Assembly: GCA_030141605.1 (NCBI GenBank)
Contig: JAQGDQ010000014.1
Location: 62,001 to 126,000 of the forward strand
Reading direction: 5' to 3'
Length of the DNA: 64,000 bases
Source of the DNA: Tubiluchus corallicola
Taxonomy: Eukaryota; Animalia; Priapulida
Shown piece after piece: positions 25,018 through 40,000 of the stretch. The notes under the pieces were generated by a model that saw only the letters and a program-made list of their open reading frames with translations, was not told the DNA's origin and did no database searches. Position 1 is the first letter of the stretch. Each line of letters begins with the position of its first letter. The position numbers and the translations under genes are program-made.

Positions 25018-28000
25018 AAAATTTGCCCTTTCCGTTGAGTTTTAATGGTGAGTGCAAAAGCAATTAGAGCAGCAAGTAATTAGAAAATTCTCTCATCAAT
25101 ATATATGCGTCACGAATGCTACCACTTGCTGTCGCTCGCAAATAAAACAATCACCATATAAGAGCACTTAATGCTATTCAGAAATTTAATGGCATTGTAA
25201 ATCATGAATTCACACACAAGAGGGCAGCAGCTATCTGTGACGAGCTTCCGGGGCGAAAAAATTCAGTACACGTACTGCAGCGTAAAATTTTGAATCATTT
25301 AATAACTTTTTCTATGTATAACATAGATATTACGTGTATTTATAGGCAAAACTATATTTACGACTGAAGCTGATCTAGCGCACGGCTATGGCCTACCTTG
25401 TAATGCAGACGCATAGTACTGCACGCAAACTCCTCATAATTAGCAGGATTAATTACAAGAAAAATCGATTATAGGTCTGCAACACTGCATTAGAGGATAA
25501 GCGTAGTAACAACGAGTAAAAACAATGGACTGAAATATTATGCTGAAATACAAAAAGCACAGGTAAACAGTAGTTCGTTTAATATTTCAGTAATTAACAA
25601 AAATTGATAAACCGACTGGCCAACCAACCAATCAACACACCATCCAACACAACAACCAATCAATCAACCAAGCAGGAAGCCAATTAACTAACCAACCAAA
25701 CAAACAAAAAAAGAAGTTATAAAATCAATCGATCGACCGAGCGAGCGACCGATCAATCAATCTATCAATCAACCTATAATACTACCGCGTTCATTGACAT
25801 ATTTTATAAAAAACAGTAAGGCTATTAAATTAACTATATGAGTCAAAAAGCCAAGTACATTAACGAGTGACATCAAACACAAAGTTTCGTGCCTCAAGGA
25901 AAGAACTTGAGCTACGAGCGAATCTTTGACGTTGTCTGGTTTAATTGTAATCTCAGTCAAGTGCAAACACAAAAGAGCAGTAATTGAATACACTTCCTGT
26001 CTTGCTTTGAAGCCAATTTCCTCGTACTTGTGGCAACGAAGATACCACGACTTCAAAAAACAAAAAAAATATGAATCTGATACGTGATTGCCTGTGTATT
26101 CTACGGAAAAGGAAGGGATCGGGATCTCCAACAAATCAGCATTATTATTTCATTACTTTTCTTATTTCCCAATGGCAGGCAGCATAGACTAAAGACTGTT
26201 TTTACTGAGATCATTGGTGTTGAACGTTAAACCAGCGAAATTCTGACAATTTGACATTGCGAGCTTTGGATTTCATAGTTAATGTTATACAGGTTAGAGC
26301 GGTGCCGTGTTTTATTTATCGTTTTTGAAAACATGCGCGAAACGCTCATGGAAGACTCTGCTTTTAAGCAAATGCCACCACCACTTGTGACTTCATGGCT
26401 AGCTGAGACACGATCGTTAATTAAAATTCTAAACTAATATTTCGTTTATCAGAAAAATTTTGGTAATTATAAAACGCAACAAATGCATATTTATGACCTA
26501 TCGGCGACCATAGGTCAAAACGGACTGAAAAATCGTCCAGGTGACCCGAGACTTGACTAAATTGACTGTCTGACTAAACTGAGAAGGTCATTTAAGGTTA
26601 CAGGTACAACGAAGCCCAGTTTAATACACGAGATGCTTGGCTGAAGTATAAATGAGATTCGAGAGCAATTAAGTTGAGAGCTTCAATTGAGTTGCGATGC
26701 TGAGTATCTGAACTGAGACGAGAATTGGCTAATGAAATGAGTACATGAGTTGAGTATAGTTCAGTTGAGTTCAACAGTAATGAGCGTTATTGATCTCAGC
26801 ATGATTTTTGAAAAGCCCCATTAAAAAGGCAAAAAAATTTAATGAAGTCGTAGAACTAAACTTTCCGGGAAGTATAAGTACATTCGTAAGTTTTCAATAG
26901 TGTTTTGGAAGGGTTAATAAATAACATTAGAAGCTGTAAGTGTGAATCCTAGACATTCTGGGCAAACAGAAGTCCGTGCAGGTTTCAAGGTAACCCCTTT
27001 CACCCACTTTATCAATACAAACAGATTTCTGTTGGTCTGTTACGTCACAAAATGCACGAAACATTTTGGCGCCAAATCTGCACAGGTTTGAAAAGCGTTT
27101 TCTAGGGGTGCGTGTATATTAGTCATACGCCTTATGACGATTTAAATAAATTTTATACGGACGTTTATCAAAGAGAATACTTGCGAATACTTCAAAAGTG
27201 TGAATGGTGTCTGTTTAACTTTACTCAGCGTGCTAATATGGACATGTTCTCCTGCATTTGTATGCCAGGTATAACCACAGTTCAGTCAGAAATTAGATAA
27301 AAAATGTGCTGGGAGTAGTGAAATGGGTAGTAAAACAGGCAAGGTCTTGAGATAAGTTATAAAAAGAACCGGTTAATCTTTTCACTTATTAATTAGTAGC
27401 ACTAATTAGCAGTAGTAATTGAAGTTGATCATCAAAATTGAGTATTTTAAAAACGTGTTTTTCCTTAGGATATTTGACTAATATTTCTGTACAAGTTTGT
27501 AATGATTCAGTTTAAAAATATCATCAAAAACTGCATTAAATATTTGCAAAAAGTACAACCATAATTATAGCGTGCTATGCCATACTGTCTAACTAGTATT
27601 TACGTATATACAAGTGGTGGCAGTCTGACTGAAATTGGCATCCAAATCAAACTAAACTTGTTAGAAACCTACTAGTAATCAGATACAGCCATCTTGTGAT
27701 GGGAATCCGTACTATCCAACATTCCGAAGGGTGCGTAACAGACTCGATTTCTACGTGGCAGTATTTATGAGAGTGATTTTCACATACAATTTATTTGATT
27801 GGTTTCACGTATTAGAAAAAGTCCGGTAGACAAAATCACTGAATTTTGTAATGGCATTGTGCATCAACATTATATGCGACTACATTACAGATAAAGGTGC
27901 AAAAAGTGGTAATTTGCTTAAAATTCACAAGATGAATCATTAGATGATGCTAAATTTTACCATTATCATTCACAAAATTTTAATGTTGTGAGTTATGATG

Positions 28001-31000
28001 TAAAAATCAGCTATCCCGGCAAAGACTTTGCAACTGTTTGAGAAATATAGTTTAAAATTCTTCTACCACATTCCAAATTTCAAATAATAATTTGTATTTG
28101 AAAATACTGATGTTTCACATTCAAAATATTGATGACCTCGATTTCACCTGCGTATAGGAAATCAGACTCGATTTATTACACCGGTGCAATCAACCGTTGT
28201 CATAGGAACGAAATGAGGGTGGGAAATTACAGGAGCAGGTGAAACGGTGATGCAAATTATAAATTACAGTTTACTGAACGTTCAGGTATGCCAACACTAC
28301 AGCAAAATGGGCAAGCATCCTTCCTCAGCATTTTAAGTATTACGTTTTTGCTTCTCTGGCATATATTCTTTCGTTATTTATCAATTCAGTGTCAGTTAAT
28401 CACATCTCATATTTGCTTACAAACTTTTAATATTACCATGTACACCAATAAATAGTCCACAAGTGCAAAAATAGTCCTGTACATACCTGGCAGACAGCTA
28501 TTTTTATTAACTACGGTGACTACAGCTGTAGTGAGAAAGTCTGATCAGAAACAGTGAAAAAACCGGGTGGAGTTCACTTTGACTAGACTGGTGGACAACA
28601 TATGCGTGTAAAACGTCTACAATTATAATGAAATTTTTGAAACTTATCTAACCACATTTAATGCACGACAAGAATAGTGATAATTGTCAACAAAAAACCC
28701 ACAATTACGGCAAGGAAAGCGCTTTTTCATTGTTTTAATTATAGAATTTTTATCAACTACTTATGTAACTAAGTATACTTCAATACAATCTGTTTTTCTC
28801 CAAGACTATGCGGCTAATCGGTACAATAGGAAGACAGAAGCTAGTTCATCAATGTGTACGATAACACTGTTCACCAAATTTCAACCTGATTAGTTTTCTT
28901 TCTGCTAAAATCGAATTTCAACAGATTCATATTAAAACGACTACTGGTGTCCAAACTTACCCTAGGACCACAAGAAGCCATTAGGGGGTCAATGAAGCCA
29001 GCGTAACGATACCACAACCAGAACATCTGCTGCACCTCGACTAACAAGTAAAAACACACCTGAAGAAGCTGCAGCTAGAAAATGAACTTGAAAAGATCCT
29101 TACAACGAATTTATCATACACTAGCCGCTTTGACAGCATCCGGCCTATACCCGAATGGACAAAGTTTCATCAAACACTGTTACTTTTCGTACATCCTTCA
29201 CAAAAACATGCAGCAAGCATCGTATCTCACTTTCCCAATAAACGAAGCAGTAAACGTCTACTGCAGGAAGCTGGCAGGATAATGGACAAATTTTTACACG
29301 GGTCTCTAATGGCCACGTAAACACACAAATATAGTTAGTAGACAGGCCGTGTAATCATCAGTAAGCTTTCTACGCAACACTCCCTAACGGTTCAGAAGTT
29401 ACTAGTAACACAAGCCGTAATGGCTTTGAAATTTTCTTGCATCGTGCGCCAAGATAATGTCGCAAGCTCGCAATATGCAATAAAAAATGTTGAAAAAAGA
29501 AATAATGGGAAAATACAAAATACTAGGAATAAATAATGGGAAAATAAAAAGTACAGAGTTTTCGTGGATATACAGGTGCGATAATAGTTTTTCAGTTGTT
29601 ATCATAAAAAAATAAAGTTGCAATAAAGTCTGTAATGAATAGTCTGTCAGACAAATATGAAGCTACATTGCATAATATCAAACTGGTTAGTGGGTGAATG
29701 TGTGTTCCCGTTTAAAACTATAGTGGGAAAAACCAAACGTTTGTTTCACCAGGATTTTCATATAATTAAACTGATAAAGACAACATACGTATAGAATACA
29801 TCTTACTAAAGCCAGATTTGTGTGCCGATTCTCTGGAATGTTAACAAAACCACATTACTAGAGTTACTGAAAGCCCAAGTAATTTAAGTCTAGATATTCA
29901 TATAAAAATATACAAAAATAGAAAAAATTACGAAATTAAGCGCAAATACGATAATATTAAGTTTAAATTGTGTAACCTTAATTTGGTAATTACTGTGATA
30001 TTGAAAGCCAGAAATCATTCATAACAGGCTGTAACAGATTTGACGTTTAGGAGCTTCGACCAAAGTCACACGCACCTCTAAAAGATTAGCTTCAAATAGT
30101 TGCCGATAGATGACACTACCGAGTACGAAACCCAAATTCTGGGTATGGAATGTGGATGCTGTCAAGTACCTGAGCTAATGAAGCCACCCATGTTGCAAAC
30201 AAACACCGACTTCTCATCAAAATTACACTGTATCGTTTTGTACGCAAATGTATAGTTCTCGTTTCCAACGTCATTTGTCGTTTGAACGGCAAATAACTTT
30301 ATAAGTAGACTGCGTCAACCAAAAAAAGTTTTTAGAAGAGCTACGATATTTCTTGCAACTTACGTATATGTTAATGCATCAGAAAGGAGAATATACGTTA
30401 TTGATTAGTATACTGAATATTTATAACAGCATTAACATGATTTTAACTCCAGGTACCACTACCACTAGTTTAAAATTATACGAAAGACTGTTTTAAAAGA
30501 AGGAAAATAAAATCTTAAGCACAGAAAATAATATTCAATTGATAGCAATAGCGCACACATGATTGTAATTACTTTATTTTTGTAAACCTGTAAATATTGT
30601 AAACTGTTTAACCTCTACACTTTTTTTACTGTTTCAGTTTGTTGGGATGCTTTTTATATGATGTGTGATTCCTTAAGTACATTGTATTGTATATTGTATT
30701 GTGTTGTTCGTCAATAAACTTATACATTATGTAGGAATTCATAGAAATTCAAGGTTTTTCCACTTTTAATACATAAAAGCAAATTTAGTGGAATCTTGCA
30801 GTAATTCGGTAACTCAGCAGTATTTTATCTTATTTTATTTCCATGATAATTTTAATACTTACACTGATGCCATACAAAGCTAATCTGTTGGAGTTTGGAT
30901 CTTGTTGTTGCAAAGTCAACGAACTACCCATGACCCTACATCAAAATCACAGTGGCACTGCAAAAGTCGCATCATCTCCCATATCACCCCACCGCTTCCT

Positions 31001-34000
31001 GGATGAACCTTCCATCGTCTTTTCATTATCTATCTGGCTTCACCAGAAAATATCTTGATTTCAGTGTCTCATTGGATATTCAATAGCTGTTAGCAGTAAA
31101 CAACAGTAGCAGCTGCCGTACAGTTGATATAGCTATAGCAGTATATCAAGTACTACTGCTATATCTCAGCATATTTGATAACATTTCTTGAATTGATAAC
31201 AAACAAATAGCAAACAATATTTAAAAACTATGTGTTGTAATTTTAAACTCATTAAAATCTGAAATCAGCACCATCATACGAATACCACGCGCAGTTGTAT
31301 GTAGCACGTCTTGATAAAACATTAAAACAAGAGTTTACAAATTTGAGTCTTCTATCTGGAGATCACCAAGTCAATAGTTATAAAACGTCCTTGCGTCATC
31401 TCGACTCGAGATTAACTGTTGTTCTGAGACTCGCTGAACGGGCAAACAAGTCGTTCCATCAACTCTTTAAACTTTAGACAATTAAAAGCAAGCAGGCCCG
31501 CGAAAATAGCCAGTCAAATCATATAACGTCAACCACGCACACAATCAGAAATTTTCCCGTTTTTAATCAGCCTGATTGTACACAGTTTTCTCCACGTGGT
31601 GACAGAGTAAATCTTGAATTCGTGACCAAACTGTAAAAGCACATGTATGTACATAAATCAATAGAGTTTCCTTGATTTAAGCAAGGTAGCGTGTGGCATT
31701 GTTTCAGGCAAGCAAGATCAATAGCTAGAGCGTTTATTTCACCTGCCTAACGCTTACAGGAATGGAAGAAACCACAAGCAGCTGTTACTGCTGGATGATT
31801 AATTGATGAAAACTCGAGGGCGCAATTCATGCAAAAATGGAAACCACGCCATATACTAGAAAGATAGAGGGCGTGTCTGTTGTCTTCTTCATATATCACA
31901 TAATTTATGATATATATTAAATTATTATATAAACATATAGTATTCTACTTTCTCTAGCATGTTACTTCAATCGCTTGCCCAAACACGACACGAAATAAAA
32001 ATTTAGCAAGTGGTAACTACTTCAGTCGGATCTAAGCGCTTATAAATGAGAGTATAGGCTGCCTCCACATGATGATGATAATGATGATGCGAATTAGTGG
32101 CACACGCGGTACATTAAAGCCCTAACGATCATATTACTGCCAGTATTATGTCATGACATACGTAAAGACTTGGTGGCAAGCCATGCATAACATGCCTATT
32201 AAGAACATAACACTGCCAGAGGGACACAATGAAGTTATGTCTTACGAAAAAAGAGATGGTAGTTTCGTTGCCAGGCAACAATCGATACCCACTGATTACA
32301 TGAAGTGTTACTATATTAACATCATCATCTTAAAGAGTAATAACAGGATTGTGATTACAACTGATCAAGCTAGAAACAACGCTTGCAAGTCAAGCAACCG
32401 ACGTGCCAATAGGTATCAATATTACTATCAATAACAATAGAAAATCCAGTTCACAGCCTGAGCTGCATAGTTCATACTCAGTACATGCTATAGACTACAT
32501 ATTGTTCATTATCTGTGTGCTACGACTTCTTATGCAGTTGAAAGTGTAAGTTGTCAAATAATCCTTAATGCTAAATGACGGTAAACAAAGGTTGCCCTTT
32601 GAACTCTGCCCTTCGACATACGTATACTTTGTGCTGAATAGAATTTATTCGATAAGTCAAAACAAACCTATGTACAGTCTATCCTCCAACGTAGATTGTA
32701 GGTTAAATGTTTTCGTCAAGGCCATTGCACAATTCAAACCAATTAGGTTTATGATGTATGAATGAATGTATATATGTATGTGATGTATGAATCGCCAAAC
32801 CGTCTATTCTAAATTTTAAGGAGTTGGAAGTGATAGAGAATCAAAACGTTCAATGAAGCGACGATTGTTGCATCATGACTCGTGAGAAGAGCATTCAGAT
32901 TCCTAATGTGTTTTACCAGCAGGGTTTTCAGTTGTGTGCAAGACTGTCGTGCCATCTCGCGAGGTGCTTAGAACTTTCTTAGCTGCAATAAGGACTATAA
33001 CCGTATTAACCAATTTATGGTATTAACTAACAATTTATTGTATTCTTCAGTCTTCAGGCATATACTGCATTAAGATGAATTCTTTGCTTCGTTAGTAGTA
33101 GCGACAATTTTTCATCACTTGTAGTTAATTCCCATTCAGAAAATTAAAACATACCAAAATCACATTACGGGCACATGCTATACAATAATAATCTCATATT
33201 GCCCAATTGTCAGTCAGTAATAAGGCTTGAATTATTTATTGAATAAACGTTGAAGACGTATTAAATTTCTGAGCTAGATTACACACAGCTGCGAAATCGA
33301 CTGCAATTTGCAGCGCCAATTTGTTTATTGATGCAATTTTAGTTTAAAAACAGTTTTGACTTGACAAGCGAGACTAATAATGAAAAATTCTTAATTATTC
33401 ATGACCTTCTTATATTCAAAAAAAATCCATAGGCCGAGAAATCCAATAGTTTTATTATTGACAAAAGGTATGCATAGTTTCACAGTGTTGAAGTTAAAAC
33501 GAATTTTCTATAATATTAAATTAGTTAAATTATTTTATTAACATTTTTTCATCTATAAGATAACAAAATAGAAAGTACTTTCATTTACCTAGCTCGCACA
33601 GTTATGCGACAATCAACTAAACAACAGAGTTGACGCATGACGCATTGCACTAAATTGTGCAGTGCTGCCATCTAGTATTACACATCTTAACCACATTAAA
33701 GTCAACCAGAAAAATACAAAGTTCTGAGCTGAACTGAACATTGGCAGTCCAGAAAAGCAAGAATGATAAATGTATAATATATGTCCAGTAAGTGTCTTAA
33801 ATGTGCTTTAAAATTCACTTTCAAGATTATACTGCTTAACCCTGTTTACTATAATTATAAAATGACTGAATTCAGCAAAATGTTAATCAAAAACTCCAGA
33901 GTAAAATACGTAATTATAGATGAATATATTCCTAAGGTTTCAAATTACGTTGTCGTTTACATTGTATTTCAACCGAAAAACCTGAACATGAATTTACCCA

Positions 34001-37000
34001 TCAGGATATATTATACACCAACATCTCTACTCAAAATGAGCTGTGTTGTTGCACAACTGCTTAGCACAAAGTGCAAAAGAAAGAGATTGGTACGGATTCG
34101 AAGACCAGCTGATCCATCACTGATCGATGAAATAAACAATACCAACAGACTTTGATCAGCATTGGGAACAGTTAACGATTAAAAATAACTGTGACAGCAA
34201 AATAATATATATATATATATATATTCAATATTGGTGTTTATATATATATATATATAACAAAGTGCTGTAACGTTTTTTGCACTATCTGGTGATCAGTTAA
34301 CGATATTAAACACCAATATTGAATATTTTCCACCAGTAGGTTGTATCAGCATTGCACTCTGTATGATCTTAGTATATTTTTGTATCATTTTGTTGTTTAT
34401 AGCTAATATCTTTTAATTGTGTTTTTATTGTAAATGCAATTTTATTCAGTTTGTTAACTGTAATTTTTGTATGAAGATAAACCCTTTACCTATCTAGCTA
34501 ACATTGGTCGACTGATGATCAACTATTTCAAATTATTTTTGAGCCTGTCGCATCACCATCATAAATTTACCATTTACGATAACTTTGACGATTTCAACAC
34601 TTACAGTCTGCTTTATAGCACCCATTCCCAGAATCAGTGAAAGTGAAAAAACATTAAGTATTTATGTTACATAAAGTGCATTTCCTCATAACGCATCTTT
34701 CAAGTACTCAGCTAATAGGTAAAAAACTTTACTACAACATGCAGAAGACACTGACAAATCTGGATAATCTGAGAAAACGTTAAGGTGAGTTCACACCAAC
34801 TTCCAAAATTATTCATAGAAAGTCCTACCGCATGACATACAGCAACAGCATAGATTGCCAGTGATTGCAAGATCATGTAAACCTGACTGGAATATTTCGA
34901 AAAGGGAGAATACATATTTCAACGGACTGAATTTTGTAACCAGTCTAGGTCATTTTCTGCGACGTCATTCTGGTATCCATTTTTGAGCCGAGATTAGATG
35001 AAGGGGTATTTCAGAAAAGAAGAATGTATGCTTCAAATTTCAGTCCGCTGAATCTCGCAATCAGTCTGCACCATTTTCTGTAAACTTATTCTTTATTATT
35101 TTTCTGGTATCCATTTTTGAGCACAAAGTAGCTTTTGATGTCACCAAGAATGCTGACTCAGTACACACTGCAAAACTTCAGAAAGAGAAACCTTAATGAG
35201 GACCACCAATCAATCCAGAATGGCAGATACAAAGAGTGTTAAGAATTGATAGCTCAAAAACCCTTTTCAGTGAAACACTATACCGTGTGCTTTCTGATAA
35301 ATGTAGGCTCAATACCGATTCACTTCAGGATTTCAGTATAGGGACCCAGGTTAAAACCCAGATCCCAGAATCGTGGTCGGGATTATAAAATGTGTCGATT
35401 TAAAATGAAAATTAATTGACATGCAATTATTTGTAATGCAAGGAATGAGTCCTCTTCGGATAATATGTGCAAGGCTGTGCCTGACTGTAATCTCTTACCT
35501 TAATAGGTGATTCTGGCACTCTAGGTGGTGGTGGAGGTTGCTTGTTAGCTATGGTCACTTTCTTTGCCGCAGGTTTTTCCTCCACAGGTGGCGGCGGTGG
35601 CGACGGTGTCTTCGAAGCCGACTTAGGCTGAGAAGCTCTCTCTTGAGATACTGGAGGAGGTGGCAATGGAAGGTTGTCCTCTGGAGGTTCTGGTCGTGAT
35701 TTCTAAAAAATATAATGACGCATATTAATAATTGCTGATAGATACTGCTCAAAATAGATTTCTAATTTGCATTTTGCATAACAAATGCAACTAAACAAAG
35801 TCTACAACATGCCGTACAACAAAATGATACATGACCAAAACATGCCACTTGAAGTTAGCTTAAAATAATTCAAGCAAAAAGCAAACAGTCTTTGAAAACA
35901 TTGATTAGCGGACAGGAATGGGTGGTTCCAGGCCTAATTAAGATATGTGATTCATAGAATAAACACACAACAATAAATAAAACGCTACAGCAAACAAACT
36001 GGCGGGTTAGTAACTGCAGGCGATGTATGCTTAAATCAAAATTCCGTTTACTTGATTTTGATTTTGTTTTTTTGCCATTAATCTTACGTTTGATCATGCT
36101 AGACTACACACGATAGGCCTATAATTAATTAATTAAAATATATAATTAAAGGTAAACTCAAATGCGGAATTCAGAATTTCCAAAGGCTACACAACTTAAA
36201 AACTTGCAAAGGAAAATTAAACTTTGAGTATTCTCTGTATCCAACTTGTGAAAATTTAGACAAAATGCTTACACGTTAGTATCTCCGCCTTTTGATTCGT
36301 GTTAGGACAGTGTTAAGAATTAAGAATTTCATGTTGTTGCGGAGGTCGCTTTTACTGACATCAACCAAGATTTAAATAAATTCGGCCTGTTTACATATAA
36401 TTCGGCATGGTGCATTTCCCCAAGAAAGCATTTTAGTCGACAAATCGAATCCAGGTAAAAAAGGCACAGGTAAAAAGTCACAGAAAAAATGACAAGAAAA
36501 AAGTTTTAACTCGAACCACTAATGCCTAACCCTAGCCAAAATTGTGACTATTTTTCTGACTTTATTACCGATCACTGACAATCACTCACTAGTATAATTT
36601 GTAAGCGATCAATTTAAACCAACTTTTGTTGGACTGAAATATTTTTTATAACATCAGACAGCTGATGAAAGTTTGTGGCATTAGATCGAAGTGGTCAAGG
36701 CTCCCGTGAGAAAGATGTGGCTAAAGAACAGGAAATCAAGAGAATGTGATGTGACAGACAACCCGAGCAATGGTGAAGCCATGTTTCAGCAAACATTCAC
36801 AACGAAAACGGGAGTACGACACTTCAAAGACACGCAGAGGAAGTTACAGCATATCAGATTTAATATCCAAAGTTGTTGTCATCAACTTGAATTGTATGTC
36901 ACGCGTTAATTTTTACTCCTGCACCGTATTCAGCAATTATAAATATGCCAAATAAAAATGCATATCAAAGACCTTTACAGTAAAAACCAAGATATTTAAG

Positions 37001-40000
37001 GGATGGCAAAACCTGTGTTGTGATGAGTCAGAGGGAGAGAAGAAATCAGCTACAAAATCTCACAAATTATCTGAATACTGCACAAAACCTGGTGGTGTGA
37101 AAATCTTACCCAATTACGATGTTCCCTATTTTTAAAACTGCTGACCTACTATAAACTCCTTTTATTTTCTTATTTATTATTTAGCATAAAATATTTATAC
37201 AGAATGAGCTCAACATGCTCGTTTGCAATGAGGTCCTGTGGCAGCAGATTTAAAGTTTGTAAACAGTTATAAAATACAATAATTATAAACACATAATACA
37301 TAAAAATCAAAATCTATTGATCACATTTGAAATCAATCAAAATAATTAAAGAATTACTTGGGATTTTGCTTAAATAATAATTTTTCAAGAATCTCTGCAT
37401 TTTGCAAATGTGCAGACGCAGAAGACGCCACAAACATTTCAAAGACAGAGTAATCCACTGCAGGCTCACAGTCTTGAGACAGATAACAGAGTCAAGCACC
37501 TCGCAAATCCAAAATTTAAACATACCAAGAGAAAGAAAACCATTATCAACCACCTGTCTAAGCTAACAGAAAAACACACTTGCTTGTTAAACAAAATAAT
37601 CGCATGGCCGTGAAAGAACATTAGATGTAAACAAGCAAACAATAAAGTATAACAAACCTAAAAGAGTAATCAAAATTCCAAGTTCTGGTGTTTTAAAAAC
37701 AAAATAACCTGGTAATCTAAAATTAATTAACAGGTAACCAGGAAAGCATTTCCTAAAAGTTCTCAGGCTTAGCTTATTCTAAAATTTGTAAAAGCAAGTT
37801 TTCAACTATGTATTTCGAGTAGGACTGCACAGGCCTTAATTTTTCTGAAAAAAGATATGGCAATACCCAATAAAATATAATTAAATATTATATATATATA
37901 TTATTAAACAAAGCGCCATGTAACCTATGCTATTCGACACAAATGATTTATAATATTAATACACCCTTTATAGCAGTCACATGTTGAACACGTTTTGATT
38001 TATAATAGCCTCAGGTAACTCAGGTGACAATGCAGGGCTGGCAGTTAATCAAAATCATAACGATTCAACTCCGGCAAAGAGTTCCCCCATCGATAACAAA
38101 GGTGAAAAAACCTTTTAACCAACGTAAGGTCATGGGAAAATGGCAAAAGGTATTGCAATGTCGAGCTAGCGTCCCTGTGGAACGCAAATGAACAATTTCG
38201 AAGAACGTTTGAAGTGAAAAAATGCGAGAGCCTAGCGAAGCCTTTGCAAGTAAACTAATAACTTAAATAATAGTAGTATAACCCGAGCTGCGCTGAACAA
38301 ATGAACCGCGCTAAATCAACAACAATAAACAATAGCATAGCGGTAATTTTGAGTATCTAATTACGCTGTTTTTATTCCACTAAACGCTGCTTCTAAATGT
38401 TTCTTGATTAAGAAACTACGCTGTTGATTAAGCAGTTATCATGAAGTGTATCTAACCACATATACATGAAATGTTTTGAAACACTTTCCAAGTCTTCTTA
38501 ACGTGCACGTAGACTCTTTTTAAGGCAGAAATACTTTCTAAACAAGTACAAGCTGATTATAAGAAGATAAAATTTACAACGAAATAAAACCGCATTTAGA
38601 CTTAATGAAAAGCGACTGCTATGTTGCAAACTGTGAACGGAAACGGGAAACCACGCGTTAGTTTGTTAAATTATAAATGTACACGAAGTTTTCCATCTAG
38701 ACTGAGGCCAAATATTATATAACTATGTAACGACATGTAGTTATTCCGATGACAAAGCACAATAGCTACAGATGAGTAATTTAGCTTCCTTCGTCGTATT
38801 TTGACTACAAACTTACACATGTAAATGCTTGGATTTCAAATAAATAAATAAACTCAGTTTCTCAGTTCAACGATTTGATTTATTTATTTTAAATCTTTGT
38901 AATTTGTACATTCAGCAGTTTAAGTAATGAATTTAAATAATATGACTAAAATTTTAATGTTTTAACATATTCTCATTTTAACTGATTATAACACTTTTAA
39001 ATCAAAGGCCTATTTTTTCTTTATTTTAGTCGTAAACTGGCACGTACAAAATGTCAATATTTGTTAAAACGATATGAGAAAGCAAAGAGTAAAAATAAAA
39101 TAAATAACGTTGAAATAAATAATTATCAAGCAACATGCCATAATAAATTTGAAGTACACGTCATTACCACGGATATAAATGTTACACTAAATTATAGTAT
39201 ACGAAATTTTATAACTTTCAACACGATTTCAGTGCAAGCCTTAAGTAATAAAAAAGATCAACAGGCTACATGCCAGTCATGTATGAATCATCATTTTTGT
39301 GAGTATGCAGTATACGCGTACTAACAAAATCCTAACATCTGTGAGTGTCGAGTCAGCAAATAAGTCTGCTGTACGTACAGCAACTGTAGCTACAGACTGA
39401 CGCTCAGGCATTTGTGCGAGTGGGAAAAAAATCTAGGTCAGCGAAGCGCTACACACATGCATCTTGCTCTGCCTGTTTTAAACTGTATAATTTTCTATAA
39501 CTAATTTCATGCATAATTATGAAAACAGAATGCAGGTGAAGTTTCAGACGTTTAACGAGATCCAAAGATTACTAAATCAATTCAAAGTAAACAAGTTTAA
39601 TAACTTATCTCAGTTAAATCAGAGTAATAATATGTAATCAGGGATCTAATAGTGATAAGTGTTTGAAATCAATTTTTTAATTGAAGATGTATAAATAAAT
39701 CTTCTCAACTAAACGTGCCATTAAAAATTCAGTCCACTTTTAGTTTAGCCGTCAGCGTTACAATAATTTAAACTAGGCTGAAAAAATCGTCCAGAAGCAG
39801 TGTTTCCGGCAATCACCTATCTACTTATTAACCAGGCGCTGTCTTGCCTAACTTTGATAAAATACAGATAACTGCTCAGCTATTGTCTGGCCCTAAAATT
39901 ACTAAGCCAATAACGCGATTTACAGATATGAAAACATTTACACAGACTTAAACGGTTTAAAAAACACACAGGCATCAAATTTCTTAAATAGTGGTGAAAA

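Noticed and set aside
33664-33677. CTCF-like TAGATGGCAGC motifs (also about 53394 and 53489)
   Set aside because: Partial matches only and not distinguishable from chance or repeat ends without ChIP data.
33781-34155. 124-aa plus-strand ORF and the other short track ORFs
   Set aside because: AT-rich composition, no recognisable domain, no splice-site support.
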